A stretch of 64,000 nucleotides of DNA from NCBI GenBank assembly GCA_965226885.1, contig CBDDEL010000012.1, forward strand, positions 32,001 to 96,000, written 5' to 3'. Shown in pieces: positions 43,977-56,874 of this stretch. The stretch is from Opitutales bacterium (GTDB taxonomy: Bacteria; Verrucomicrobiota; Verrucomicrobiia; Opitutales; UBA2987). The notes under the pieces are model-generated. The model did not search any database. It was not told the origin of the DNA and saw only the letters and a program-made list of their open reading frames with translations. A program made the position numbers and the translations under genes. Within the stretch, counting starts at the first letter, position 1, and each line of letters starts with the position of its first letter.

Positions 43977-46598
43977 TGATGTGACCGCCGAAAACACTAC
44001 CATTGCCAGTGAGAGTCTTTCTGGAGAAATTACCGGAAAGACCTATGAAGCAAAAAAGATACACCCCTGAACAAATCATAACGATACTGCGCGAAGTAGA
44101 CGCAGGCAAAGGCATTCAGGATGTCTGTCGGTCCCACAATATCAGTCCTCAAAGCTACCATCGTTGGCGTAAAAAGTATGGCCGCATGGAGCTGCGTGAC
44201 GCCAAGCGGCTGAAGGAGCTGGAGCGCGAGAACACACAGCTTAAGAAGATTGTAGCCGAGCAGATGCTGGAGAACCGTGTGCTCAAGGTGGTGAACGCAA
44301 AAAAATGGTAGGCCCGAAGCAGAAAAAGGAAGCGGTGAAGCATGTATTGGCCCAAGGGTCGTGCTCGCTGCGTCGGGCCTGTCAGTATTTTGGGTTGCAC
44401 CGCTCAACCTACCTGTATGAACCCAAGAAAGCTACTGAGTATAGGCATAAACTGGTGGCACGCATCATTGCCTTTTCGAAGAAGCATCCGCGCTATGGCT
44501 ATCGTCGGATCCGCGCTTTGTTGACCCATGAAGGTTGGCCCGTGAGTCGCAAATTCGTCCAAAAAGTGCGTCGTTTCGAAGGACTGGGTGTGCGCCCGTC
44601 TGGCAAGCGCCGTCGCCGGCAGGGCCAATCCACGGCTACCCCGACCCGAGCAGTGCAGCCCAACCATGTGTGGAGTTGGGACTTCGTGGCGGATCGCACC
44701 GACCGGGGCGGTCCGCTCAGGCTCTTGACACTGATCGATGAACATACCCGTCAATGCCTGGCCATTAAGGTTGCGCGCTCACTGAAAAGTGCCGATGTGG
44801 TAGAGGTATTGAACGATGCCATAAGAGAGAACGGCAAACCTCAGTGCATCCGCTCGGACAACGGATCGGAGTTTATAGCCCACCAAGTCAAAGAAGAACT
44901 GCAGCGACAGGAAATTGCCATCGCATACATTGATCCAGGAAGCCCTTGGCAGAATGGACATATAGAATCCTTTCATAATCGTTTGCGCGATGAATGCCTT
45001 AATCAGGAACTGTTCCTGAGCGTGACCGAAGCGCGTGTGGTGGTCGAACAATGGCGACACAAATACAACGCGAAACACCCCCACAGCCGATTAGGCTTTC
45101 TCTCCCCAAATACATTTGCCAGACTCTGGCGAACAATCAACTGAAGTGGACGGGGTTGTTTGGACAATTTTGACGTGGGATTAAGGTGGAAATCGTGTTC
45201 ATATTATTTTTTAAAAATATATTTTGTCCTTAGCCAAAGACGGGCACGCAGGTGCCCGCAAGCTGTATTGGCGGGGAGGGTGGTTTTGCTCCGATTGCAT
45301 GGACTTCGGCCGGGGTCCGGTAGCCCAGGGCTTGGTGGGGGCGCAGGTGGTTGTAGAAGTCCAGGTAGCGGGCTATCCCTTCGCTGGCTTCCTTTGCCGT
45401 GGCGTATTCGCGCAGGTAAATGTCTTCATACTTGAGGGTTCTCCAAAAGCGTTCAACAAATATGTTGTCCAGGTAGCGGCCACGCCCGTCCATGCTGATG
45501 CGCACCCCGGCTTGCCCCAGCACCGAGGTGAACTCGCTGCCGGTAAACTGGCTGCCTTGATCGGTGTTGAAGATTTGAGGTTGGGCCCGCCTCAGAGCTT
45601 CCTCCAGGGCGAGCACACAGAAGCGGCTCTCCAGGGTGTTGGAAAGCTGCCAGCTCAACACGTAGCGGCTGAACCAGTCCAACACCACGGTCAAGAAAAG
45701 GAATCCTCGGCTCAGCCGCAGGTAAGTGATGTCGCTGCACCATACCTGGTCGGGCCGCTCGACCGCCAAACCCCGCAGCAGATAAGGGAAAATGCGGTGC
45801 TGCCGGTGCCCCTGGCTCAAGTTTCGACGCGGATAAATAGCCTCCAGGCCCATTTGGCGCATGAGCCGCTGGATGCGGCCTCGTCCCACTGCATGGCCCT
45901 CTCGACGCAGCCACTGGGTCATCCGGCGAGAACCAAAAAACGGATATTGGGTGTAGAGCTCATCCATGCGATGCATGTAGAGAACGTTCTGCTCGCACTG
46001 GGCACGGGCCCGATAGTAATAGCTGCCGCGGGCCAGCCCCAGCAACTGACATTGCCTGCCGATACTGATTTTTCCTTGAAGTGGTTGCACCATCTTGCGC
46101 CTCTCACCAACCGAATTGTTCAGACTTTTTTTTTAGCCAATCGCATTCTACTTTCAGCTTTCCAATCTCCTGGTAAAGGTGATCTTTTTCCGTCTCGTTG
46201 TCCTTGCTGAGAGTCTGCCGCTGGCGCGAAAACAGCTCCGTTGCTCCCTGCAAAAGCTGCTTCTTCCATTGGGTCACCTGGTTGGGATGCACCTCAAAAC
46301 GACCGGCGATCTCGTTGATGGTATGAGCGCCCCTGATGGCTTCCAGGGCCACTCGGGCTTTAAACTCAGCACTGTATTGTCTTCTCTTTCGTGATTTAAT
46401 AACATTCATAGGTTAGCGGATTTAGTGGTTCAAGACCACCTTATTCCACTGTCCAGTTTTCCCCGTCCATTTCACAACAAAGCAGCGGCTGGCTCCATTC
46501 GGCCTACGGCCTCATTGCGCCACCCGCTGCAAAACCTACAATACCAAACCTACGGAAATACTCTCACTTAAAGTGGTAGCAAAGATGGGGTCCGATCA
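43977..46598 (+). mobile_element. IS3-family element type D (IS407-like), interrupted by a type C element
   Basis: TGATGTGACC...GGTCCGATCA termini with CTTG duplication; orfA MKQKRYTPEQII; orfB WSWDF, RSDNGSEF, PWQNGHIESF. Confidence 0.93.
45142..46474 (-). mobile_element. IS3-family element type C
   Basis: Same IRs and ORFs as 38085-39417; CAAC duplication. Confidence 0.95.
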
Positions 46599-46693
46599 CT
46601 TGATTGATGACGAAATAAATGTCGTTCCCCGTGATTGAACCATGGAGAGACAAATACAACAAATACAACGCAAAACACCTCCATAGCCGACTA

Positions 46694-47825
46694 ATACCAA
46701 ATCGCAAAAGGATTGATAAAGATTAAAAAACAGCTATAAAGGCGGAATGAGAAGATATATGGGAACCGATGAAGACCGTGAACGTATCAAGAAATTGCTC
46801 AACAAAGAGGCTGTCGGCTGGCGTAAAGAGCGTTTGGTGGCATTAAAAATGGGCTTCCAGCCGCACCACAGCATTGATGAAATTGGAGCCATCGTGGGCC
46901 GAGGCAAAGCGACGATCCAGCGTTGGTTTGACAAATATCGTGCTGCAGGGCTCGGGGCGGTGCTTACACGCGCCTACAAAGGCGGGATCAAAAGCCGTTG
47001 CGACAAAGAGGTGGAGGCCTTCTTGCTCAATGGTTTGAAGGTCGCGCGCTGGAACACAGCCGTTCAGGCGGGGCAAGAGCTGGAGCGACATTTCGGGCGC
47101 TCCTTCGCCTACAAGACGGTGTGGCGATGGCTAAAAAAATGCGCCGGGGTGCTTCGAGTCCCTCGCCCCGTGCATGAGAAACGGGACTCGGCAAAAGCGG
47201 AAGCGTTCAAGCGAGACTTTTCTAAGATCCTCCAGGAGCTTTCCCTCACCCGAGGCAATCGGGTTCGGGTGTGGTTTGCCGATGAAAGCCGTTTTGGTTT
47301 GCTTCCGGTGTACCGCCGGTGCTGGACGCAAAGAGGGCTTCGGCCGCACAAAAAATATCAGACAAGATACCAGTGGAGCTACTGTTACGGAGCCCTCGAC
47401 GTGGTCAACGGCGAGATGGTATGCATCCAAACCCCTAGCACGAATCTACAGTGGACGGAGGCTTTCCTCCAACAGATCAAAAAGCAATATCCTGAGGAGG
47501 AACATGTGGTTGTATGGGACGGGGCAGGCTTCCATCCGCACGACTCGGAGCACCCCAACGTCCCCCCGGGCATACATATCGTGAATTTGCCGCCGTATAG
47601 TCCTGAACTCAACCCGATTGAAAGACTTTGGGATATGATACAGGATCAAACGGCCAACAAACTGTGGCCGAGCATTGAGCGACTCGAAGAAGTCGTCGCA
47701 ACCCATCTCAAAGACTGGTGGGAGGACACTGAAAAAGTCCTCTCTTTAGTTGGCGGAGGCTGGCAGCACATTCAAGCAAACGCTTCTGCCAAATAACTTA
47801 TTATCATACCTAATGAGATTTGGTA
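46694..47825 (+). mobile_element. IS630-family element (tnp 46747-47796)
   Basis: IR TACCAAATC/GATTTGGTA at a TA site; motifs FADESRFG, VWDGAGFH, LPPYSPELNPIE. Confidence 0.94.
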
Positions 47826-47940
47826 TAAGCTTCCTCTCGCCCAATACTTTTGACAGACTCTGGCCAACTTTCAACAAAGCAGCGGCTGGCTCCATTCGGC
47901 CCACGGCCTCATTGCGCCACCCGCTGCAAAACCTACAATA

Positions 47941-49273
47941 TGAAATGGACGGGGAAAACTGGACAGTGGAATAAGGTGGTCTTGAACCACTAAATCCGCT
48001 AACCTATGAATGTTATTAAATCACGAAAGAGAAGACAATACAGTGCTGAGTTTAAAGCCCGAGTGGCCCTGGAAGCCATCAGGGGCGCTCATACCATCAA
48101 CGAGATCGCCGGTCGTTTTGAGGTGCATCCCAACCAGGTGACCCAATGGAAGAAGCAGCTTTTGCAGGGAGCAACGGAGCTGTTTTCGCGCCAGCGGCAG
48201 ACTCTCAGCAAGGACAACGAGACGGAAAAAGATCACCTTTACCAGGAGATTGGAAAGCTGAAAGTAGAATGCGATTGGCTAAAAAAAAAGTCTGAACAAT
48301 TCGGTTGGTGAGAGGCGCAAGATGGTGCAACCACTTCAAGGAAAAATCAGTATCGGCAGGCAATGTCAGTTGCTGGGGCTGGCCCGCGGCAGCTATTACT
48401 ATCGGGCCCGTGCCCAGTGCGAGCAGAACGTTCTCTACATGCATCGCATGGATGAGCTCTACACCCAATATCCGTTTTTTGGTTCTCGCCGGATGACCCA
48501 GTGGCTGCGTCGAGAGGGCCATGCAGTGGGACGAGGCCGCATCCAGCGGCTCATGCGCCAAATGGGCCTGGAGGCTATTTATCCGCGTCGAAACTTGAGC
48601 CAGGGGCACCGGCAGCACCGCATTTTCCCTTATCTGCTGCGGGGTTTGGCGGTCGAGCGGCCCGACCAGGTATGGTGCAGCGACATCACTTACCTGCGGC
48701 TGAGCCGAGGATTCCTTTTCTTGACCGTGGTGTTGGACTGGTTCAGCCGCTACGTGTTGAGCTGGCAGCTTTCCAACACCCTGGAGAGCCGCTTCTGTGT
48801 GCTCGCCCTGGAGGAAGCTCTGAGGCGGGCCCAACCTCAAATCTTCAACACCGATCAAGGCAGCCAGTTTACCGGCAGCGAGTTCACCTCGGTGCTGGGG
48901 CAAGCCGGGGTGCGCATCAGCATGGACGGGCGTGGCCGCTACCTGGACAACATATTTGTTGAACGCTTTTGGAGAACCCTCAAGTATGAAGACATTTACC
49001 TGCGCGAATACGCCACGGCAAAGGAAGCCAGCGAAGGGATAGCCCGCTACCTGGACTTCTACAACCACCTGCGCCCCCACCAAGCCCTGGGCTACCGGAC
49101 CCCGGCCGAAGTCCATGCAATCGGAGCAAAACCAACCTCCCCGCCAATACAGCTTGCGGGCACCTGCGTGCCCGTCTTTGGCTAAGGACAAAATATATTT
49201 TTAAAAAATAATATGAACACGATTTCCACCTTAATCCCACGTCAAAATTGTCCAAACAACCCCGTCCACTTCA
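47941..49273 (+). mobile_element. IS3-family element type C (orfA 48006-48311, orfB 48322-49185)
   Basis: Same IRs as the other type C copies; ATA duplication. Confidence 0.95.
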
Positions 49274-49444
49274 ATACCAAACCTACGGAAATACTCTCAC
49301 TTAAAGTGGTAGCAATGATGGGGTCCGATCAAAATCGCAAATAAGGTTGCTATAAGGTTGCTATTGGGATGGAATATGAGTGGCATCGAGATGCTAATTG
49401 GGATCCATTCGCAAAAATACATGGTTTAGTTACAAAAGAATAAA

Positions 49445-49500
49445 ACATAACAAGACACTCAACCGGACGCTTAACAGCACCGATTAGTTTAACGTTCGGC
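49445..49500 (+). other. Integron attC-like site
   Basis: ACATAAC-AAGAC-ACTCAACCGG...CCGATTAGT-TTAAC-GTTCGGC, 56 bp, with an extrahelical C; lies directly after a stop codon. Confidence 0.75.
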
Positions 49501-49522
49501 CTAATTCAGGAGTACAACAAAA

Positions 49523-50413
49523 ATGAAAATCGAAGATATTCTTTCCACCCCGGCGAAGATTCTGACCAAGGAACAGCGTGAGTTCTACTTCGAGAATGGC
49601 TACGTGCTACTCGAAGGACTTATTTCGCCTGAGTTGATTCATCGTTTACGCGAGGCGACCGATCGAATGATCGCACGTAGTCGTAACGTGACTACTTCCA
49701 ACGCTGTTTTCGATCTCGAGCCAGGGCATTCTGCGAACGAACCCCGGATTCGTCGTTTGTCGAGTCCCGTGGATCATGACCCGGCCTATTGGGAATTCGC
49801 ATCACAGTCGGTGATTGCAGATGTGGCTGCGGATTTGGTTGGACCAGACGTAAAATACCACCACTCGAAACTGAACTTCAAATGGTCCAAAGGCGGCGAA
49901 GAAGTGAAATGGCACCAGGACATTTCCTTTTGGCCACATACCAATTACAGCCCGCTCACAATTGGAACGTACCTTCTGGATGTGGGAGAGGATCAGGGCC
50001 CAATGGGGATTCTGCCGGGAAGTCATAAGGGGCCTCTATTCGACCAGTACAACAGCGATGGAAATTGGGTTGGATGTCTCGGGGAGGAGACGCTTGCTCA
50101 GCTTGATCTGGATCGTGTAAATCACATGACCGGTCCCGCGGGATCCGTGACCGTGCACAACTGCCGTGCGGTTCATGGGTCGAAGGCGAATCAAGCGGCC
50201 AAAGGCCGGCCCTTGCTCCTGAACACCTACTCCTCAGCGGACGCTTACCCCTACACATACAATCCAATCCAGAGTCCCCATTTTGGTGATATTGTCCGAG
50301 GCACGCCTGCCCAATGGGCGCACCACGATGATCGCCCGTGTCAAATTCCGCCAGACTGGTCGGGCGGCTATACATCGATCTATGCTTTGCAGCAAGAAGA
50401 AACACAGCAATAG
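49523..50413 (+). CDS. Phytanoyl-CoA dioxygenase (PhyH) family Fe(II)/2-oxoglutarate oxygenase, in an apparent gene cassette
   Basis: Motifs Y.ENGY, WHQD, PGSH, H....HGS..N, R; flanked by attC-like sites. Confidence 0.9.
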   Translation: MKIEDILSTPAKILTKEQREFYFENGYVLLEGLISPELIHRLREATDRMIARSRNVTTSNAVFDLEPGHSANEPRIRRLSSPVDHDPAYWEFASQSVIADVAADLVGPDVKYHHSKLNFKWSKGGEEVKWHQDISFWPHTNYSPLTIGTYLLDVGEDQGPMGILPGSHKGPLFDQYNSDGNWVGCLGEETLAQLDLDRVNHMTGPAGSVTVHNCRAVHGSKANQAAKGRPLLLNTYSSADAYPYTYNPIQSPHFGDIVRGTPAQWAHHDDRPCQIPPDWSGGYTSIYALQQEETQQ

Positions 50414-50453
50414 AAGTGTTGCATGAATGTTCGCATGCAACTTGATAAGAAAT

Positions 50454-50525
50454 GGCGAACAAATGGATGCATTTGACTTTCATTTCGCCGCGCTTCATGA
50501 AAGCGAGTAATCTAATACGTTCAGG
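50454..50525 (+). other. Integron attC-like site
   Basis: GGCGAAC-AAAT-GGATGCATTTGA-CTTTCAT...ATGAAAG-CGAGTAATCT-AATAC-GTTCAGG hairpin. Confidence 0.7.
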
Positions 50526-50567
50526 GATCTCCGAGCTGAAACAAGGTATCGTAGGGGGTTAAGATAA

Positions 50568-50949
50568 ATGCCCAAGAAGCCGACCACACCCTTCGGATAC
50601 ATATCATTCTCGAAAGACCGCAAGGTTGACAAGAAGATCTTCCAGCTCTCAGACGATAAGGCCGTTCAAGAAAAGGAAGTGGCCGAGTCGTTCGTGACGG
50701 CTTTCAATAAGCACCCCGAACACCGAAAGATCATTGACTGGTCTGCCTTACCGGAGAACGACCAAGATTTCCTCCTCAAGTTTGGCAATGCTGAGGTCCT
50801 CCTACAAGTGACCGAGCTTGTGGAAAGGGAATTTGTGATCCCGATGACCGAGGAGGAGTACAACGCGGGACAGTCTACTGATGCCTACCTGAAGGATGGT
50901 GGGCCAATACCTTGGCGTATAGACATCGAGAAAAGGGACGAGGCGCTAG
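50568..50949 (+). pseudogene. Hypothetical protein (probable next cassette), truncated by IS1380
   Basis: Starts about 40 nt after the attC-like site and runs into the IS right end at 50950. Confidence 0.6.
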
Positions 50950-51276
50950 CCCGGATATTTCATGAAGGGTAAAGTTTGGCTCGTTATTGCTATTGGAGAT
51001 GGAGATGGATTTCTTTGTATTTTGAGCAGATCGTCTTGATTTTTAGGTGTTTTTCAGGGTGTAGAGACACTGCCCCCTTTCCCCCATTGGTTCGGTAGTG
51101 CCGGGGGCAGCACCAATGCACCCTTTAGGTTGGCACCAATCGGCGGGCCGCATGGTTGAAAAGACTGGCCCAAGGATAACTCTCACTTAGGTGAAAGTGA
51201 ATCGTTCGGGTGTTGCGCACGATGACCGCTCCGATCTTGATTAATTTGAGCCGCAGGGTGTGGCATTGGGCCCGCG

Positions 51277-53793
51277 TGTAAACGCCGGGATGAAACCGGT
51301 ACGGGGGTCGGGGTAAAACCGGTACGCTTGGAATAAGGTTTAGGTTAGTAATTGCAGGTACGTCAAGGTTTAGGGTTTGGGAGTTGGTTTTGGGGATTGG
51401 CTTGGGGTCGGTGAGGAGGCCGGAGGCCGACGAGCCGGGCCCAAGGCGTTTATTGTTTTGTGCCACGGCGACGGCGTCGAGCATCGCGCAAGCGGTAGCT
51501 TTGCCCGTTGGCTTCGAGGATATGCACCCGATGGGTGAGTCGGTCCAGCAGAGCTCCGGTGAGCCGTTCGGAACCGAGCACTTCGATCCAGTTCTCAAAG
51601 GGCAGGTTGGTGGTGACGATGAGACTGGTGCGCTCGTAAGCGCGGCTGACCACGTCGAAGAGCAGTTCGGAACCGGTCTTGGAAAAAGGGACGTAACCGA
51701 GTTCGTCGAGGATGAGTCGGTCGAGCCTTTCGAGTTGCTTCATGAAGCGCTGCAGGTCGTGGTTGTCGCGTTGCTCGAGCATATGGGTAACCAGGGCGGT
51801 GACCCCGAAGAAACGGATCCGCCGGCCCTGGGCACAGGCGGCAAAGCCCAGGGCGGTGGCCAGGTGCGTTTTACCGGTACCGGCGTTACCGAGGAGCAGC
51901 ACGTTTTCGCGCTGGTCGACATACTCCCCGCGCATGAGCTCTCGGATGAGCGCTTCGTTGATCGAGGGCTGCGCTTCAAAGGCGAAGCTCTCGAGGGTCT
52001 TGAGCACGGGGAAACGGGCGTTTTTGATCCGCCGCTGGGCGGCCCGCTGTTCGCGTTCAATGAGCTCCCGTTCGACCAGATGCAACAAAAAGGCGGCGTA
52101 ATCGAGCCGGTCCCGGGAACAAGCCGCGGCCACCGCCGGCCATTCGCGCAGGATGGTGGGCAACTTCAGTTTCTTGAGGTGATGGTGTAACAGCAGCTGG
52201 TTTTTTTCTTCCTTCATAAAGCCCCTCCTGGAATCTTGAGCAGTTCGCTGTAGGCACCGAGGTCAGGGGCGGCCACACGGACGTGACGCAGGTGTGGATG
52301 GCCGTCCAGCCGGAAGGTTCTGCTCCCGTAGTCTTCCTGAGGATAGAGATACTGGGCGATGGCCTCACGAGTCAGTCCCCCCACCCGCAGGGCCGAGACG
52401 ACGGCCTGCTGCAAGGCCGCCATGGGGTGTTTCTCCAACAGCCGCAGCACCCGGATATACTCCCGGGTGCCTTCGCCCCCGCATTGGCTTTCGAGCCGGC
52501 GTCTGAGGACCTGCAGGCACTGCGGCAACTGCCAGCCCGAGAGTGGGCGGGCGAAGTCCAAAGCGCCCGGTTTTTTCTCCAGCAAAGCCAGGTAGTGCAC
52601 CGGCTCGAAAGAGACTTGCTCTTTATCCCAAATGCGGCGGTGCCGGGCCACCTCTTGGCCCCCACAGAAGATCACCACCTGCCGACAGGACCCTTCCACC
52701 ACCACCGGATGGTGGGCGCAGCGCACCGGCACCGAATAGTCGTTGCACTCGAAGCGCACCAGCGAGAGGCTGCTGACGCAGGTCGAGCGTTTGCGGCTCG
52801 CTTCAAAGGGTATGGGCGGCAACGCCAGCATGACGGCGCGCTCCTCGGCCAGCAGTTCCTTTTTCACCGCCCTTTTCCCGCGTAATTTACGCTCCATGTC
52901 CCGCTCACATGCCTCCAACAGCTTTGCGTTGAGTTCCTCCAGGTCCCGAACCTGCGGTACCGGTACCAGGAAGTTGGCCCGGGCATAACGCACGATCCCC
53001 TCGACCACGCCCTTCTCGTTGGGCCGGGCGGGCAGACAGAAGTGTTCCTCGAACAGGTAATGGCTCTGTAGCTGCAGAAACCCGTCGGTCAGCTTGCGTT
53101 CACGCGAACCGATAATCTTACCCACCGCCACCTTCGAGTTGTCATAGCTGATGCGCCGGGGCACCGCCCCGAAAAACTCAAAAGCTCGCAGGTGCCCCTC
53201 CCAGAAGCTCTCCGTGCACTCCCGTTCGAACACCTGCACGAAAAAGGCATCGCTGTAGGGCAGGCTCATGGCAAAAAATGGCCGCCTACGCAATTGCCCC
53301 GCCTCCTTCACCAGGGCATGACCGAAGTCCACCTGTCCCTCCCCGGGGCGGTGCTCCAGCGGCACGAACACTTCCCGCCGCCTCGCTCGCAGCTCGGCCA
53401 CCACCTCCTTGACCGCCGTGTAGCCCCCTTGGTAGCCCTTCTCCCGACCCAAACGCTGGTAGATCCGTTTGGCCGTATGGCGCTGCTTCTTGGGCACGTT
53501 CCGGTCCGCTTTGAGCACCTCCTCGATCCAGCCCACATACGGATCGATCTTGCGCTCTCGCCTCTTCTTGCGCCGGTATCCCGGCGGCTGGGAATAGGCC
53601 AGCATCTTTCCCAGGGTCTCCCAGTGCAGTCCCTCTTCTCGCATTACAGAGCGCTTGCTCTGCTTGTCCCGCAGCACTTTGTGCCGCACTCTTGTCCATT
53701 GCTTCATATCTCGATACACTCCTCCTTTCTAGGATAAGCGTACCGGTTTTAAAGCGCCCTCTTTACCGTACCGGTTTTTCCCCGGCGTTTACA
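51277..53793 (-). mobile_element. Complete IS21-family element (istA 52214-53719, istB 51450-52217)
   Basis: TGTAAACGCC termini; 6-bp duplication CCCGCG. Confidence 0.96.
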
Positions 53794-54230
53794 CCCGCGC
53801 CCACTTCGTCCCTTTTAAGGCTAACCGGCGCATGGCTTCCATCAAGGTGTAGGCCAGCGCCGACGCCGACAAGAGCAATCGCCACTGATTGGCCCACCAT
53901 TGATGGGCGCTGGTGCGCTCGCTGAACAATTGCATCTGTTCCTTGATTCGGTTCTCCATTTCACCGCGGCCACAGTATACCTTGTCGTAAAGCTCCTGGG
54001 GATCGCCCGGCAGGTTCGTCACCACGAAGCGCGGGTTGGACCCCTGTGCGGTGTGTTCGGCTTTATGGATGACCAACCGCAGCCATCGCCACGAATCGGC
54101 AGCATAGACGAAGTCCTGGAATAACCGTTGTTTTTTACCCCTTAGTTCGAACCATTCTTTGGCCTGCTTTTGCAACTGCTGGGCATCTTGCTGCAAGCGT
54201 GCATTGCGAGCCATCCCCACGATGTAACTA

Positions 54231-56047
54231 GAGGCTGTCCCAAAAGGGTGATTTTTGCGAGGGCTTTTGATAGGCGCTCATTCTAGAGGTATTTGCATTT
54301 GGGAGAGTATCAACTTTGCTCTCCTATGACGTTAGGATACTGGTTTTGGGGTCCGGTTGCCTGGGTTTCTTTGTATGAGCCGACAGTACGGCTGTGAAAA
54401 AGTATTGTCCTTGCTTTTCCGCTCTCTAGGCCGCCGCTTTGGTTTTTAGTTCGTCTTGCTGGGCCAGCATCTTGGCTACTTTCCATAGGTTGTGCGAGAG
54501 TACCGACCAGGCTACGCTGATCGAGCGGTTGGCAAAGCCTTTGCTGCGCAACCGCCCGGCCTGCCAGCGATTCTTCAATACCCCGATCCGCCCTTCGGTG
54601 CTGGCCCGGCGCTTTTGCAATTGTCTGAACAGTGGTTCCTCCATCCGTTTTTTCAACTGCTTCGGATCGCGTGGACAGAGCGCGTCGTAGATTCCCTCCT
54701 GGGCTAACTGCCGGCGGGCCCGCTGGGAGGCAAATCCCCGGTCCGCGCACATGGCCGCTATGGGTTCTTCCAGGTTGAAGCGGTTCTGTCTTTGCAAACT
54801 CTCTTGCATTTGTTCATTTTCGCTTGGAGTTCGGCTGCCGTAGAGTTTCCAGTCCAGCAGGTACCCTTCAACGCTTTCTCCCAAAAACAGGGTGTTGCCG
54901 AACTCGACCTCTTGGCCCGCTTTACCTCGCACAATCACCTGCCCATCGAGTTCGTAAACACTCAAGACTTTCTCTGCGTTTTTCACCTGGCGGCCGCCAA
55001 TGATCCGCTCGTGCGCCTGTTTGATGACCACCGGGATTTGCTCGCTCATGCGCTCCATCCGGGCGAGGATCTGTTGGACCTGTTTTTCGCTGTAATCGCT
55101 TTGCTCCCAGCAGGCTTGCAATAATTCCCGGTGACTGCGGGCATGCTCCCCGATCCGTTTGAGCAGCTTTTTCATCTGCCTCAAGATACCCTTGCGCTGC
55201 CGCGCGCTGTCCTTTCGCCGCCGGCTGTGGGTCATCTGTATGCACAGCCGATTCATCTGCCGAGCCAAGGGCTCCGGTTCGATCGGCATGCGATGGCGCA
55301 CACCGGCCTTCTCGCGGATCAGCCGGATCGCTTTGAGCAACGTGCCGGCTACATCCTTGAGTAATACCCAGTCCGTCGGCCAATGAATGTTAGCCTCCAA
55401 ACAGGTGCCGTCGATCAGGCAAATGGTGGGGTCAATCGGCTTGTCCAATCTCACCTGCCGGGCCAGAAGGGCATCGCCCACCACCTCAGTCAAGGTCCGG
55501 TGCAAGGCCCTCAACTGCTCTTCGCTGAAAAACTTCGAGGCCCGCTCCAGGGTGCTTTTGGAGATGCCCCTGATGCCATCGATCTGCCGGACACGGCAAA
55601 AGTCGGCCAACAGATCGCTGCTGCCCAGAGCCCGCGACAAATGCCGAAACGAAATCCCTCCGAGCAGACGGCCCAGCGTATCCATGCGCAGTGCCTTGAT
55701 GGCAAAACTGGCCCGCTGCCGCCGGGCCTTTAGACCCATTGGCGGCCACCCCTCCAAGGCCAGCTCAATGGCCTGCGATTCCACCTCCGAGTCGATCAGC
55801 AGCCGATCGATTCGATCAATGGTGGCGCGGAAGTTATCGTAATCGAGGCACCGGTCGACCACAGTTAAAGCTGGACGCAGGAGGCATTGGATGGCTATAT
55901 TTTTCATAGAAAGGGCTATATTGATTTTCGCTAACTCAATTATAGAACCCTCTTTTGGCCGGATCGAGCAAAAACTTGCTCTTTCCGGCTCTTTTTATCA
56001 ACGTCATCCAGTTGACTATAAAATCTTTATATTTTTGGGACAGCCTC
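54231..56047 (-). mobile_element. Complete ISNCY(ISDol1)-like/IS5-like element (tnp 54426-55907)
   Basis: IR GAGGCTGTCCCAAAA; 6-bp duplication TAACTA; DDE-type motifs IDGTCLEANIHWPTD, GKAGQEVEFG, ADRGF, STEGRIG. Family call is tentative. Confidence 0.85.
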
Positions 56048-56874
56048 TAACTAACTTCGTTGCGGTCGCACCAAGAGAGTATCCGGTCTCGACAAAATCC
56101 ACTGTCGGCGCGCCAAATAATCCGCGTACGGGGCCAGCTTTGGCGAATCCGTTTAACCAGCAATTTGAGGATGGCCCCGGCATGCTTGCTGGCATCGATC
56201 TTGCTCGGCCGCAGGTAGGCCACCAGCAGCTGATCACCGCAAAAAACATATAGCGGCAGAAAACAGTAATGATCATAATAACCGTGGAAAAAACGTCCCT
56301 CCTGGAGCCCGTGCACCGGATTGTCGGTGGCGTCAAAGTCCAGGATGATCTCTTCGGGTTCCTCGGCAAAGGAGCCCATGAACTGTTCGACCAACAGCTC
56401 GTTTACCGCAAAGGCCGCCCGCCGATCCTGCCCGTTTTCAAAACGACACAAAGTCGGCGCGCTGGCCAACGTTTCAATGCGCCCCGTTACCGTTTGCAAC
56501 AATGGATCGTGGCGCAGGGTATCAAAGTCGTTCAAATCCTCATAGCCCGCCACCAGCCCGTAAACGCGCTGCCGCAGCATCCCCAATACCTCATGGCGTA
56601 CTTTGCCCTTCTGCCGTTTGTCCACTAACTGTCGGGCCGCTCGTTCGGTCAAGCCCAACTGCCGATCCACTTCCCGGATCAAAAGCAGTCCGGCATCCGA
56701 AGTAACCTCTCCGCCCTTGAAATCAACCCGCACACGGCGGCCTTTTACCCTTGTCAACTGTAGCTTTAATTGTTTACCTTTTGTCATCGCTGATATTGCT
56801 TTAATTATTGATCTATCCTGCTGTATATCAGCAGTTAAGCATATCAACGATACTTTTTTTACGAAATATCCGGG

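Larger units (their letters stand above)
46630..49331 (+). mobile_element. 3' remnant of a diverged type D IS3 element carrying nested IS630 and type C insertions
   Basis: Pieces 46630-46693, 47826-47940 and 49274-49331 rejoin into the type D 3' end, ending GGGTCCGATCA. Confidence 0.8.
50950..56874 (-). mobile_element. IS1380-family element split into three pieces by IS21 and ISNCY/IS5-like insertions
   Basis: Pieces 50950-51276, 53794-54230 and 56048-56874 rejoin into a full copy; CTAG on both sides. Confidence 0.93.

Noticed and set aside
38167..49191. Long antisense ORFs within ISs (e.g. 45224-46210, 48205-49191)
   Set aside because: These are shadow frames of GC-rich transposase genes, repeated only because the ISs are repeated.
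32473..49451. GTTATGT (32473) and ACATAAC (49445) as the two ends of one split cassette
   Set aside because: This core pair is common, and the 3' remnant at 49370-49443 does not look like a DUF2971 C-terminus.
50419..50440. ATGAATGTTC after phyH as another leader copy
   Set aside because: Only 10 nt match, inside a TTGCATG/CATGCAA hairpin; likely coincidence.
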